In this document: piece by piece, positions 31,067 through 39,629 of the stretch
How the letters are laid out: each line of letters starts with the position of its first letter
Position numbering within the stretch: position 1 is the first letter of the stretch
NCBI GenBank assembly: GCA_963762565.1
Contig: CAVXLD010000001.1
Coordinates: 1,248,001-1,312,000, forward strand
Length of the DNA: 64,000 nucleotides
Source of the DNA: an uncultured Verrucomicrobiae bacterium
GTDB lineage: Bacteria; Verrucomicrobiota; Verrucomicrobiia; Chthoniobacterales; JAFAMB01
Reading direction: 5' to 3'
Translations under genes and position numbers: made by a program
The notes under the pieces: generated by a model
Told to the model about the DNA's origin: nothing
The model's database searches: none
The model's input: the letters and a program-made list of their open reading frames with translations, nothing else

Positions 31067-33277
31067 GGGCCAGGGGCTGCGCGGTCACGGCAGAGATTAC
31101 TCAGCGTTTTTGTGCCAGCTGCGCTCATCGCGTCCATTCTCCTCACCGCCTGGTTCTTCCTGCCGTGTCCACCGCTTCTGGACGATGTCCCGTTCTCGGC
31201 CATTGCTCGCGACCGAAACGGCGCTCTGATGCGACTGAATACGGCCTCTGATCAACGGTATCGGCTGCGAGTTAGTCTAAGCGAGATCCCACGGGATTTA
31301 GTACTGGCGGTCACTACACAGGAAGACCGTCACTATCGGTCTCACTTTGGCATTGATTTCGAGGCCCTTCTCCGAGCAACCATCGATTTTGTCCAAGGCC
31401 ATCCTCGGTCCGGAGCTTCCACATTAACCATGCAGGTCGCTCGTTTACGCTTTCATCTTCACACCAGAAGTGTCCTCGGGAAATTAGTCCAGATCTATCG
31501 AGCGTTGGAGATCGAGCGGCACTATTCAAAGGACCAGATCTTAGAAGCTTATTTTAACCTGGCTCCGTACGGCAGAAATATTGAAGGGATCGGCGCCGCC
31601 AGCTTGATCTACTTCAATAGGAGCGCGGCTAAACTGAGTCGCCAAGAAATTTTGGCGTTGGCAGTTCTCCCTCAATCTCCATCTAAACGCACCCCAAAAG
31701 ATGGTTTGGAGCCGGGCGCTCTAACCCAGGCGCGTAGCCGGTTAAACCAGCTGCTTTGGAAGGATCCCCTGGCTGATCTTCCACTCCACTATCGCCAGCT
31801 CAAAGACTTACCCTATCTAGCGCCGCATTTGGTTCAAAGAGTGTTAAAGAATCAAGAGGGCGAAACTCGTTTAACTGTCGATGCCGGGATTCAACGGGTG
31901 GCTGTGGATGAAATCCAACGTTTTCTAGCCAGCCGCCAATCGAGCGGGCTGAACAATGCGGCTTGTTTACTGGTTGATACCCGATCCATGGATGTGCTCG
32001 CATCAGTTGGTTCGGGTTCTTTTTGGAATAACGCAATCAAGGGCGAAAACGACGGCACCAGACAACTTCGTTCCCCGGGATCATCCTTAAAACCGTTTGT
32101 ATACGCGATGGCCCTGGACCGCGGATTGATCGGTCCGTCTACCTTGCTTTACGATGTGCCCGGACGATTTGGAAATTATTTGCCGGAAAACATTGATGGA
32201 AAATTTGACGGCCCGATTCCTGCCCGCTTGGCTCTAGTTAGAAGCCGAAACCTCCCGGCAGTGACGCTGGCGTCCCGCTTAGGTCCAGATTCACTCTACC
32301 AGTTCTTGGAGTCAGCCAAGGTCCATGGGTTGAGCCAGGTCAACAACTATGGTCTGTCCGCAGTTCTTGGAACCGTGGAGATATCAATGCAGGATCTAGT
32401 CCGCCTCTACGCCGGGTTAGTAAATCATGGCCAGATCAAAGCACTCCGCGTGAAGATGTCGGATCCGGCGGATTCCGGGATACGCCTCCTGTCGCCAGAG
32501 GCCGCCTTTATCACACTCGACATGATGTCCACAAGTGAAGCCGGTATCAGACTACCGACAGCACCGACGGTGAACCTTCCTTACAAAACCGGGACCTCGA
32601 CCGGTTTTCGGGACGCCTGGTGTACAGGCGTTATTGGACACTACGTCCTGGCGGTTTGGGTTGGCAGCTTTGACGGAAGATCGAACCCGTCCTTAACCGG
32701 TCGTTACGCGGCCGTGCCTCTTTTTATGCGGCTCGCGTCGAGATTAGCTGAAGAAAGAGAGGTCACCGTCGTGCCGTTAGCTCCGCCGGCCGGAGCCAAT
32801 CTGCGTCAGGTCGACGTCTGCTCAGTTTCGGGTTGTTTACCAGGTCCCTATTGTACGCACACCAAGAAAGAATGGATCATTCCGGGCGTGTCTCCCATCA
32901 CGCGATGCCACATCCATACCGCCAGCGGCAACGAGGCGTGGGATAGCGAAGCGGAACATTACTTCGAGACCGTTGGGTTGGGGCGAAAAGCAGCGAATGG
33001 GGCGAATGGCAGTGAAGAGCTGCATATCTTACCGGTTGCCAGGGATGTTAGCTGGCAAGCGAATCAGGCGGCTAGCGAGCGCGTCATTGCGCTGCGTGCC
33101 CGAACCGCAGCGGGAGCAACTCGAGTCTATTGGTTTGCGAATCGCGACTTCATCGGGTCAGCGGGCTCGGGCGAGACCTTCTATTGGTCACCGGCCCCGG
33201 GGACTTACACCATCGCGGCGACCGACGATCGTGGGCAGTCGGACTCCGCCCAGATTACGGTTGAAGGCGAGAGGTAG
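31001..33277 (+). CDS. pbpC: Penicillin-binding protein 1C
   Basis: EDRHY, GASTLTMQ, SSLK (SxxK), SRN, KTGT, C-terminal PBP1C domain; start uncertain because the N-terminus overlaps a REP. Confidence 0.93.
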   Translation: MNPRHDKHVARFTTDRGDAIPPGPGAARSRQRLLSVFVPAALIASILLTAWFFLPCPPLLDDVPFSAIARDRNGALMRLNTASDQRYRLRVSLSEIPRDLVLAVTTQEDRHYRSHFGIDFEALLRATIDFVQGHPRSGASTLTMQVARLRFHLHTRSVLGKLVQIYRALEIERHYSKDQILEAYFNLAPYGRNIEGIGAASLIYFNRSAAKLSRQEILALAVLPQSPSKRTPKDGLEPGALTQARSRLNQLLWKDPLADLPLHYRQLKDLPYLAPHLVQRVLKNQEGETRLTVDAGIQRVAVDEIQRFLASRQSSGLNNAACLLVDTRSMDVLASVGSGSFWNNAIKGENDGTRQLRSPGSSLKPFVYAMALDRGLIGPSTLLYDVPGRFGNYLPENIDGKFDGPIPARLALVRSRNLPAVTLASRLGPDSLYQFLESAKVHGLSQVNNYGLSAVLGTVEISMQDLVRLYAGLVNHGQIKALRVKMSDPADSGIRLLSPEAAFITLDMMSTSEAGIRLPTAPTVNLPYKTGTSTGFRDAWCTGVIGHYVLAVWVGSFDGRSNPSLTGRYAAVPLFMRLASRLAEEREVTVVPLAPPAGANLRQVDVCSVSGCLPGPYCTHTKKEWIIPGVSPITRCHIHTASGNEAWDSEAEHYFETVGLGRKAANGANGSEELHILPVARDVSWQANQAASERVIALRARTAAGATRVYWFANRDFIGSAGSGETFYWSPAPGTYTIAATDDRGQSDSAQITVEGER

Positions 33278-33279
33278 CT

Positions 33280-33512
33280 TGGTGGGGCGAGGCTCCGGAA
33301 TGACCGAAATGGAGTCGCAGCGCGAAACAACGTTTCGTCGGTATCTCGGGTGCAGCGTCTAAAAACTGCCGAGCCGGGGGACGCGCAACCCACGGCTCGG
33401 CAGCCTTCAGATGTTGCATCCCATATACCAACGACACGTCATTTCGCCCTGCGACGTACTTTGGTCTTTCCGGAGCCTCGCCCTACCATTGTTCCCGGAG
33501 CCTCGCCCTACC
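33280..33512. mobile_element. REP/MITE-like foldback, family A copy 3, with a duplicated right end
   Basis: TGGTGGGGCGAGGCTCCGGAA 33280-33300; right ends 33468-33488 and 33492-33512; arms complementary over most of their length. Confidence 0.8.
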
Positions 33513-33530
33513 GCGGCTTCGTCCTGCATT

Positions 33531-33574
33531 TTTTTTTGAAACTTTGAGCGGCGCTTTCCGGTATTACCTCGTGA
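33531..33574 (+). promoter_or_regulatory. Bipartite motif T7-GAAA-N19-GTAYTACCTMGTGA, copy 2
   Basis: Matches 25044-25087 in both blocks and in spacer length. Confidence 0.5.
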
Positions 33575-33677
33575 CGATTGATGCGGTGAGCAGGGCGTTC
33601 CGGGGCAAAAAATTGATTAAAAATTTTGTCAATTAAGGAGGGCGCCGTTCGTCGTTTAGAAAAGATTGAACTGACCT

Positions 33678-33812
33678 ATGAGAACAAAAACCATTTCGGA
33701 TTATCCGCTTCTGATCGGAGAACTGATCCGCCGTTCCGAACTACGGAAAGCACGGCGCCAACGATGGTCGGCGTTCTTTAAGATCAATCGACTCGCACAA
33801 CGAACTAAGTAA
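33678..33812 (+). CDS. Candidate 44-aa basic peptide MRTKTISDYPLLIGELIRRSELRKARRQRWSAFFKINRLAQRTK
   Basis: ATG...TAA ending 22 nt before the next small ORF; A-rich leader. Confidence 0.45.
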   Translation: MRTKTISDYPLLIGELIRRSELRKARRQRWSAFFKINRLAQRTK

Positions 33813-33834
33813 CGGATTTGTCACTGCCATCGCC

Positions 33835-33942
33835 ATGAGATTTACAAGACTCCCACGGGAACAAAATCCCTACTTTCTGACGGGTAGAGGTAAGAAGAGA
33901 GCCTGGTTTTTCTTTCGCTGGAGCTCGGCCAAGAGGCGCTAG
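33835..33942 (+). CDS. Unannotated 35-aa peptide MRFTRLPREQNPYFLTGRGKKRAWFFFRWSSAKRR
   Basis: Paralogue of 20915-21028. Confidence 0.8.
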   Translation: MRFTRLPREQNPYFLTGRGKKRAWFFFRWSSAKRR

Positions 33943-34004
33943 CCAAAGGTTTTGCGAACGAGCAAATCGGACCCGCGTTCGCGGGCCGCGATTCCGCAAA
34001 GGCG

Positions 34005-34084
34005 CACTACTCCACGACTCCAGTACTCCATCACTCCGCTCGGCCGGATTCGAGAACGAGGACGACGACGAGGACGAGAACGAA
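34005..34084. repeat. 8-mer (ACTCCANN)n and 6-mer (GAGRAC/GACGAC)n tandem arrays
   Basis: cactactc cacgactc cagtactc catcactc; gagaac gaggac gacgac gaggac gagaac. Confidence 0.75.
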
Positions 34085-34105
34085 GTGCGCGGTGTGAAAC
34101 GGCGG

Positions 34106-35050
34106 TTAATGAGGGACAGGCGAAGACGGGATCTCTATTGCGGGTTTCGGAAGAAAACTTTGCCCCTTGGTTTTCATGAATTTCCAAATAGCGCTGCCCG
34201 CTGGGGTCAGCACTCGATCCGAGTGATGAACGATGTACCACTCCCGAAAAATAGGTAGGCCGTTCATTTTAAGAATTACCAACCGGCCAGTCGCGAGTTC
34301 GAACTCAACGGTATGCGCTGAAATCAAGGCGAGGCCAAGCCCAGCCATGACTGCCTGTTTAACAGTCTCGTTTGACGCGATCTCGATTTTGATTTTATCG
34401 AACTGAATCGGCAGCCCGCCGAAGAAGTATTCAAACATGCTCCGGGTCTCGGAGCCGACTTCGCGCAGGATAAAATTTTGATTGGTTAGGTCTGCTTTCG
34501 AGACGAGAGGTTGGCCCGCTAATGGATGATCAGGCGGGGCGACAAGGATGTATGGGTGTGGCCCGATTGCTTCACTGGTTACACCAAAATCTTCGGGTGG
34601 GCGGCCCATCAAACCGATATCCGCTTCAAAGTCGCGCAGGGTTGAAATAACGGTGCTGCGATTGCCCACATGGATTCGGAGATCGATTTGCGGGTGTTCC
34701 TTCATGAACGCCGCGATCAGCCATGGCGCAAAGTACTTCGCGGTCGCGATGAAGGCGATACGCACGCGGCCACCCAAGTATCCGTTTCTGCCGTGTAGCG
34801 CACTGAGAAGGTCGTCCATTACATTATCAATGCGGGTAGCAGCTGCTACCACTTCTTTGCCCGCGTCAGTCAATCGCAAGCGGCCTTCGAATCGTTCGAA
34901 CAACTCGAGTCCTAAATCCTCTTCCAGGGATTTAACCCGAGAAGTAAGCGCTGCCGGAGTCACGCGGAGGGCTAGCGCTGCCTTGACCATGCTGCCACAC
35001 CTGGCTACTTCGCGGATTGTTTCTAGCTGCCTGAACGTAAGATTATGCAT
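34106..35050 (-). CDS. LysR-type regulator, CbbR-like subfamily
   Basis: TAKYFAP, LMGRPP, REVGSETR, SNETVKQAVMAGLG, SAHT, GLP..R.W. Confidence 0.88.
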   Translation of the reverse strand: MHNLTFRQLETIREVARCGSMVKAALALRVTPAALTSRVKSLEEDLGLELFERFEGRLRLTDAGKEVVAAATRIDNVMDDLLSALHGRNGYLGGRVRIAFIATAKYFAPWLIAAFMKEHPQIDLRIHVGNRSTVISTLRDFEADIGLMGRPPEDFGVTSEAIGPHPYILVAPPDHPLAGQPLVSKADLTNQNFILREVGSETRSMFEYFFGGLPIQFDKIKIEIASNETVKQAVMAGLGLALISAHTVEFELATGRLVILKMNGLPIFREWYIVHHSDRVLTPAGSAIWKFMKTKGQSFLPKPAIEIPSSPVPH

Positions 35051-35215
35051 CGTGCATCCGCCAGCTTTCCCCCTTTCTCCAAGATCGCCTTACGACAATA
35101 CGCAGATTAAATTAGTTTCACCAGAGCGAGGTTGTCCCAACGCGGTTTGAGGGTTACTCTTTTGATCAAGCCTCCCAGCGGCGACCGGAAAAACTATCCC
35201 CCAGGACCTCTAAAC

Positions 35216-35842
35216 GTGGCTGCGCCTGACTACATTCAGAATCAAGGCCTTATTAAAACGTTGCGCCGTTTTCGCGAGCAACCCCGCTCTCTGCAAGAGA
35301 AATGCGAATTTTGTGGCGTTGGTCTCGAGACAGAACACCGGCATTTATTGGAAGTCTCGAAAAACCGAATTGCCTGCACTTGCTCTCCTTGCGCCCTCCG
35401 ATTCCAGGATGTGGTCGGAGGTCGGTTTAAGCTAATCCCGAGAGATGTCCGGCATTTGTCCGAATTCGATATGTCAGACGGGGAATGGGAAAACCTGGCC
35501 CTCCCGATCAATCTTGCGTTCTTTTTCTACAGCACACCCCAACAAAAGATGAACGCGATGTATCCTAGTCCGGCCGGTGCAACCGAGTCGCTTCTGCCGC
35601 TCACAGCTTGGACTTCCTTGACCGAAAAGAATTCGGCTTTGACGAGGATGGAGGCAGACGTGGAGGCGCTTTTGGTAAATCGGGTTGGCGCGAAGCGTGA
35701 ATATTACATTGTACCAGTCGATGTCTGTTTTGAGCTGATCGGCCTAATTCGCATCCATTGGCGCGGATTCTCGGGTGGAGACAAAGTCTGGGAAGAAGTC
35801 GAGAGATTCTTTGCCAAGCTCGACACAAATTCTTGTTCATGA
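35216..35842 (+). CDS. Group 1h hydrogenase-associated protein (DUF5947-like)
   Basis: EKCEFC, CTCSPCAL, YPSPAGATES, HWRGFSGG; start GTG 35216 assumed. Confidence 0.85.
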   Translation: MAAPDYIQNQGLIKTLRRFREQPRSLQEKCEFCGVGLETEHRHLLEVSKNRIACTCSPCALRFQDVVGGRFKLIPRDVRHLSEFDMSDGEWENLALPINLAFFFYSTPQQKMNAMYPSPAGATESLLPLTAWTSLTEKNSALTRMEADVEALLVNRVGAKREYYIVPVDVCFELIGLIRIHWRGFSGGDKVWEEVERFFAKLDTNSCS

Positions 35843-35908
35843 GGGCCCTTAGCGTGGTTCGAGCGGGCTTTCATCGCGAAAAAACTCTGTTAGGGCGCTC
35901 AAAAACCG

Positions 35909-36553
35909 ATGCCTGACCTTGATTTCAAAGTGACGGGAGTGGGACCGGCAGCGCGTGGGTTATTGCCGTTGCTTCATTTCAATCTGCAGATTTCGAATCG
36001 GCCGCCTGCTGAATTGATTCAGGCGGTAATGATCCAGGCTCAGATACAGATTCAATCGGCCCAGCGCTCGTATAATGACGGGGAAAGAGAGAAATTAGAG
36101 GATCTCTTCGGCACACCTGATCGTTGGGGTCAGACACTGCGCAATCGGCTGTGGACGCACGCCAGCACGACGGTGTCACCTTTTTCCGGAGAGACCGAGG
36201 TCATTCTGCCGGTCCAATGCACTTACGATTTTAACGTGATCGGCACGAAGTATTTTTATGCCTTGGATGGAGGGGAAGTGCCGTTGCTGTTTCTGTTTAG
36301 CGGGACCGTTTTTTACTCGGGACCGCACGGCGAACTACTAGTGCAACAGATTTCGTGGGACAAGGAGTGCGCCTATCGGATGCCAGCGAAAGTCTGGTCC
36401 GATTTAATGAACCATCACTATCCCAATAGTGCTTGGCTTTCTTTGCAGCGGGACGTCTTCGACAAATTAACTGATTTCAAGCGTAAACGCGGTTTGCTAA
36501 CTTGGGAGCAGGCTCTGGAGCTCCTATTGGAGGGTGCAACCAAAGAGCAATAG
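35909..36553 (+). CDS. Group 1h hydrogenase-associated protein (DUF6084-like)
   Basis: DLFGTPDRWGQTLR, CTYDF, PLLFLFSGTVFY, HYPNSAW. Confidence 0.85.
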   Translation: MPDLDFKVTGVGPAARGLLPLLHFNLQISNRPPAELIQAVMIQAQIQIQSAQRSYNDGEREKLEDLFGTPDRWGQTLRNRLWTHASTTVSPFSGETEVILPVQCTYDFNVIGTKYFYALDGGEVPLLFLFSGTVFYSGPHGELLVQQISWDKECAYRMPAKVWSDLMNHHYPNSAWLSLQRDVFDKLTDFKRKRGLLTWEQALELLLEGATKEQ

Positions 36554-36600
36554 AGCGACTGCGTAGAGAACTGTGTAAGGCGAAGGCCCCCCGGTAACCT

Positions 36601-38487
36601 ATGAATCTTCCCTTAGTTAACGAAGTGGTCGAAGCGGTGTTGTATGAAGGATATATCCTTTATCCTTACCGGCCTTCCGCGAAGAAAAACCGGCAACGGT
36701 TCACTTTTGGTCGCGTTTATCCGCGCGCTTACAGCGAGGCGCAAAAAGGAGCGGAACCTTTCGTGATGACCACGCAGTGTTTGGCTCATAGCCAAGGGGA
36801 AGGGACGCGGCTGGAAGTCAGTACCCGTTTCTTGCAGGTGACTTCCAGAGAGATCCTATCGCCCCGGGAACCTTTGCCCGACCTACCGGCAGCTTTGTCT
36901 CCGGGGTTGGCAGAAGTTGTGCCCGAACTTGTAGTCGAGGGTCAGCATTTTTTAACCTGGCAAGAGGCAGTTGAACGAGAGATTAATATCGCTCCGCGAG
37001 ATCCAAAGCAGATCTCTGGCGCGGCCTGCCGTCTGGCCTTCGAAGTTCCCGCCTCCGAGAATTTGGAGCCGATAAAAGATAGCCGCGGATCGATCGTCGG
37101 CATAATCCGGCGGCGTCAGGAAAGGTTAGCGGGAGAGATCCTGCTTCAAGTTGAGGAGCTACGGTCACGTGTATTTAAGATCAAGGTAGATGTCAGCAAT
37201 CAGACTCCCATCTCAGAACCCGACCTCGAGAATCAGGATTCGGTTCTGCTGCGGACCCTGGCCTCAACCCATACCATCCTCCATCTGGAGGATGCAGAAT
37301 TTATCTCCTTGATGGATCCTCCGGATTCGCTGCGCGAATTGGCTTCCTCTTGCAAAAATGAGGGAACCTGGCCGGTATTGGTCGGGGACGAAGAAGCCGG
37401 CGATCGGAGAACCATGCTTTCCTCGCCTATTATTCTCTACGACTACCCAAAAATTGCTGCGGAGAGCCCCGGCGAATTGTTTGACGGTACCGAGATCGAC
37501 GAGATTCTGACCTTGCGCGTCATGACCATGACGGATGCCGAAAAAGACGAAATGCGCCAATCGGACCCCCGGGCACGCCGGATCTTGGAGCGCACAGAGT
37601 CAATGCCGGAAGATCAATTGCTAAAGATGCATGGGGTTGTCCGCGAGCTGCGACCATTTGGCGATGATCCCTTTAGCGATGACTTTTTTAGCAATGACCG
37701 GCGCCTAGAGGTTGCTGAGGTTAACGGTGTACAGCTTCGCGCTGGGGATCGAGTGATAATTAGACCTAAATCCAGAGCGGATATCATGGATATGGCGCTG
37801 GAAGGAAAGATAGCGACGATCGAGGCGATCGAACAGGATGCCGAAAGTCGCATTCATCTGGCTTTGGTACTGGATGACGATCCAGGCAAAGACCTCGGGT
37901 TCATGCGCCAGCCCGGCCATCGATTCTTTTATACGCTCGACGAGGTAGAGCCTGTTTCGGAAAATCAAATGAATGCGAACGGGCGCATTCTGGTTGCCGG
38001 CATCGGGAATATTTTCTTCGGCGATGACGCGTTTGGCGGCGAAGTAATAAAAGAGCTCACGAAATCTCAACTGCCCCAGAAGGTCGACGCGAAGGACTTC
38101 GGCATCCGTGGGTATGATCTGGCCTACGCGATCATGGACGGCTATGCGGCCACGATTCTAGTGGATATTACCGCGAAAGGGGAGCCTCCTGGAACGCTCT
38201 ACCTGATTGAGTTAGACCAAGAAAAGATTGCGAACGTGGAGGCGTCAATTCCGGATGCCCATAGCCTTGGGCCTGTCCAAGTCCTTCGTCTGGTTAAATC
38301 GTTGGGCGGCCAGATTACCGCACTCTACTTGGTCGCCTGCGAGCCGGCAGTTTTAGAGACGGAAGATGGTCACATTGGTCTGAGCGAACCAGTACAAGCC
38401 GCTGTGCCTGAGGCCATTCAGATGATTCAAAGGCTCATCGAGCGACTGCGTCTCCCGGCGAATGGTTCGCCGCCGCCTGAGCAGTGA
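36601..38487 (+). CDS. Hydrogenase-associated hypothetical protein fused in frame to a hydrogenase maturation endopeptidase (from ATG 37969)
   Basis: AVLYEGYILYPYR, SPIILYDYP, FDGTEIDEIL, RFFYTLDEVEP; then ILVAGIGNIFFGDDAFG...DFGIRG...DAHSL...ACEP. Confidence 0.85.
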   Translation: MNLPLVNEVVEAVLYEGYILYPYRPSAKKNRQRFTFGRVYPRAYSEAQKGAEPFVMTTQCLAHSQGEGTRLEVSTRFLQVTSREILSPREPLPDLPAALSPGLAEVVPELVVEGQHFLTWQEAVEREINIAPRDPKQISGAACRLAFEVPASENLEPIKDSRGSIVGIIRRRQERLAGEILLQVEELRSRVFKIKVDVSNQTPISEPDLENQDSVLLRTLASTHTILHLEDAEFISLMDPPDSLRELASSCKNEGTWPVLVGDEEAGDRRTMLSSPIILYDYPKIAAESPGELFDGTEIDEILTLRVMTMTDAEKDEMRQSDPRARRILERTESMPEDQLLKMHGVVRELRPFGDDPFSDDFFSNDRRLEVAEVNGVQLRAGDRVIIRPKSRADIMDMALEGKIATIEAIEQDAESRIHLALVLDDDPGKDLGFMRQPGHRFFYTLDEVEPVSENQMNANGRILVAGIGNIFFGDDAFGGEVIKELTKSQLPQKVDAKDFGIRGYDLAYAIMDGYAATILVDITAKGEPPGTLYLIELDQEKIANVEASIPDAHSLGPVQVLRLVKSLGGQITALYLVACEPAVLETEDGHIGLSEPVQAAVPEAIQMIQRLIERLRLPANGSPPPEQ

Positions 38488-38515
38488 GTACCGCACGCGA
38501 GGCTCAGTGCCCAGG

Positions 38516-38678
38516 TAGGAGCTAGGAGCTGGAATCTAGGAGCTAGGAGGAGGTCCCAGGCGAACCAACGGGACTCCGGGTTCATATGCGCGCCTGAGTC
38601 CCCTGTTCTTTTCCCTAGGTGTCGAGTTTTGCCTGAAGTGTCTGCTCCTAGATTCTAGATCCCGGCTCCTAGCTCCTG
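38516..38678. repeat. Inverted pair of 7-mer tandem arrays (TAGGAGC)n ... (GCTCCTA)n
   Basis: 38516-38549 and 38644-38678. Confidence 0.8.
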
Positions 38679-38764
38679 AATTGATGGCTCGAAGGGACGC
38701 ACAAATCCCGGAAATTGGCAAAGGAATCACTCCACTCGCTTTGTCCGCCATCCGAAAGCGCCAT

Positions 38765-38829
38765 TAAAAAAAATTTAAGCAGAATCAAGGAATTTCAATT
38801 TGCCTTAATCCGGCCAACAATGATACGGT
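38765..38829 (+). promoter_or_regulatory. Candidate CbbR-type operator overlapping a sigma-70-like promoter
   Basis: TAA 38765, TTA 38775, TCA 38785, TCA 38795, TTA 38805 (TNA-N7-TNA chain); TTGCCT 38800-38805; TGaTACGGT 38821-38829. Confidence 0.6.
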
Positions 38830-38993
38830 CCGAATATTCACCCCCCGTCGGCTACTCTCGGTCCGAGTGGTCAAATGCATATGGCAGCAATTTCTTGTTC
38901 CACCGAGGAGGGCCTCCGACTGCAGTCGAGTTGTAGGCCGCCCGCGCGGGATGTGTTCAGCGACGGGCGGATTTCAGAAAAGGTAATCGGATA

Positions 38994-39557
38994 ATGAGCG
39001 CCAAAATCTCTTCCTTCCCCGGGACATCCGGACGTAGTGCCGATCTTCTACTGGAAAAGCTCCAGGATCCCAAGGTCGCCGAATCATTGGTTTCGCTTTT
39101 GGAAAAGTCACAAGTGCTTAACGACTTTCTCGAACGAAGCGAGGGCATGTTAAACTCGATCACAAAAGGGGTCGGAGATCTCGGCCGGGTCGGGGTAGCC
39201 ACCCTTTCGGAAACCTTTAAATCGGTCGAATTGGACGACCTGAAAGCGGCGGGCGGACATTTACAGGCCATGATTCCGGCAGTGCGAGATTTAATGCGCG
39301 AGCTCGGCTCGCTCAAAGAGTCCGGTTTCTTTGATCCCGAAGTGATCAAACTCTTCGGGAGAACGACTCGGGCCATGGCCGCAGCTGCCCGAGACCCTGA
39401 TGCGCATTCCGATGACACCTATGGGATTTTCAGCGTAGGCGGCTTGCTGAAGGATCCTGAGATTGCTCGTACCTTAAACTTTTTTATTTCATTCGCTCGC
39501 CATTTCGGGGGCGATCTCAAACAAGACGGAGCAGGTTCCGCCAACGAAAAAAAATGA
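38994..39557 (+). CDS. DUF1641-like helical protein
   Basis: C-terminal GIFSVGGLLKDPEIARTLNFFISFARHFG. Confidence 0.7.
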   Translation: MSAKISSFPGTSGRSADLLLEKLQDPKVAESLVSLLEKSQVLNDFLERSEGMLNSITKGVGDLGRVGVATLSETFKSVELDDLKAAGGHLQAMIPAVRDLMRELGSLKESGFFDPEVIKLFGRTTRAMAAAARDPDAHSDDTYGIFSVGGLLKDPEIARTLNFFISFARHFGGDLKQDGAGSANEKK

Positions 39558-39629
39558 ATCGGGAGCGAAGCCGAGATTGGATCGGCTCGCAACAAAATAT
39601 CCTAAAAGCCAAAACGGAAGCGTAAAACC

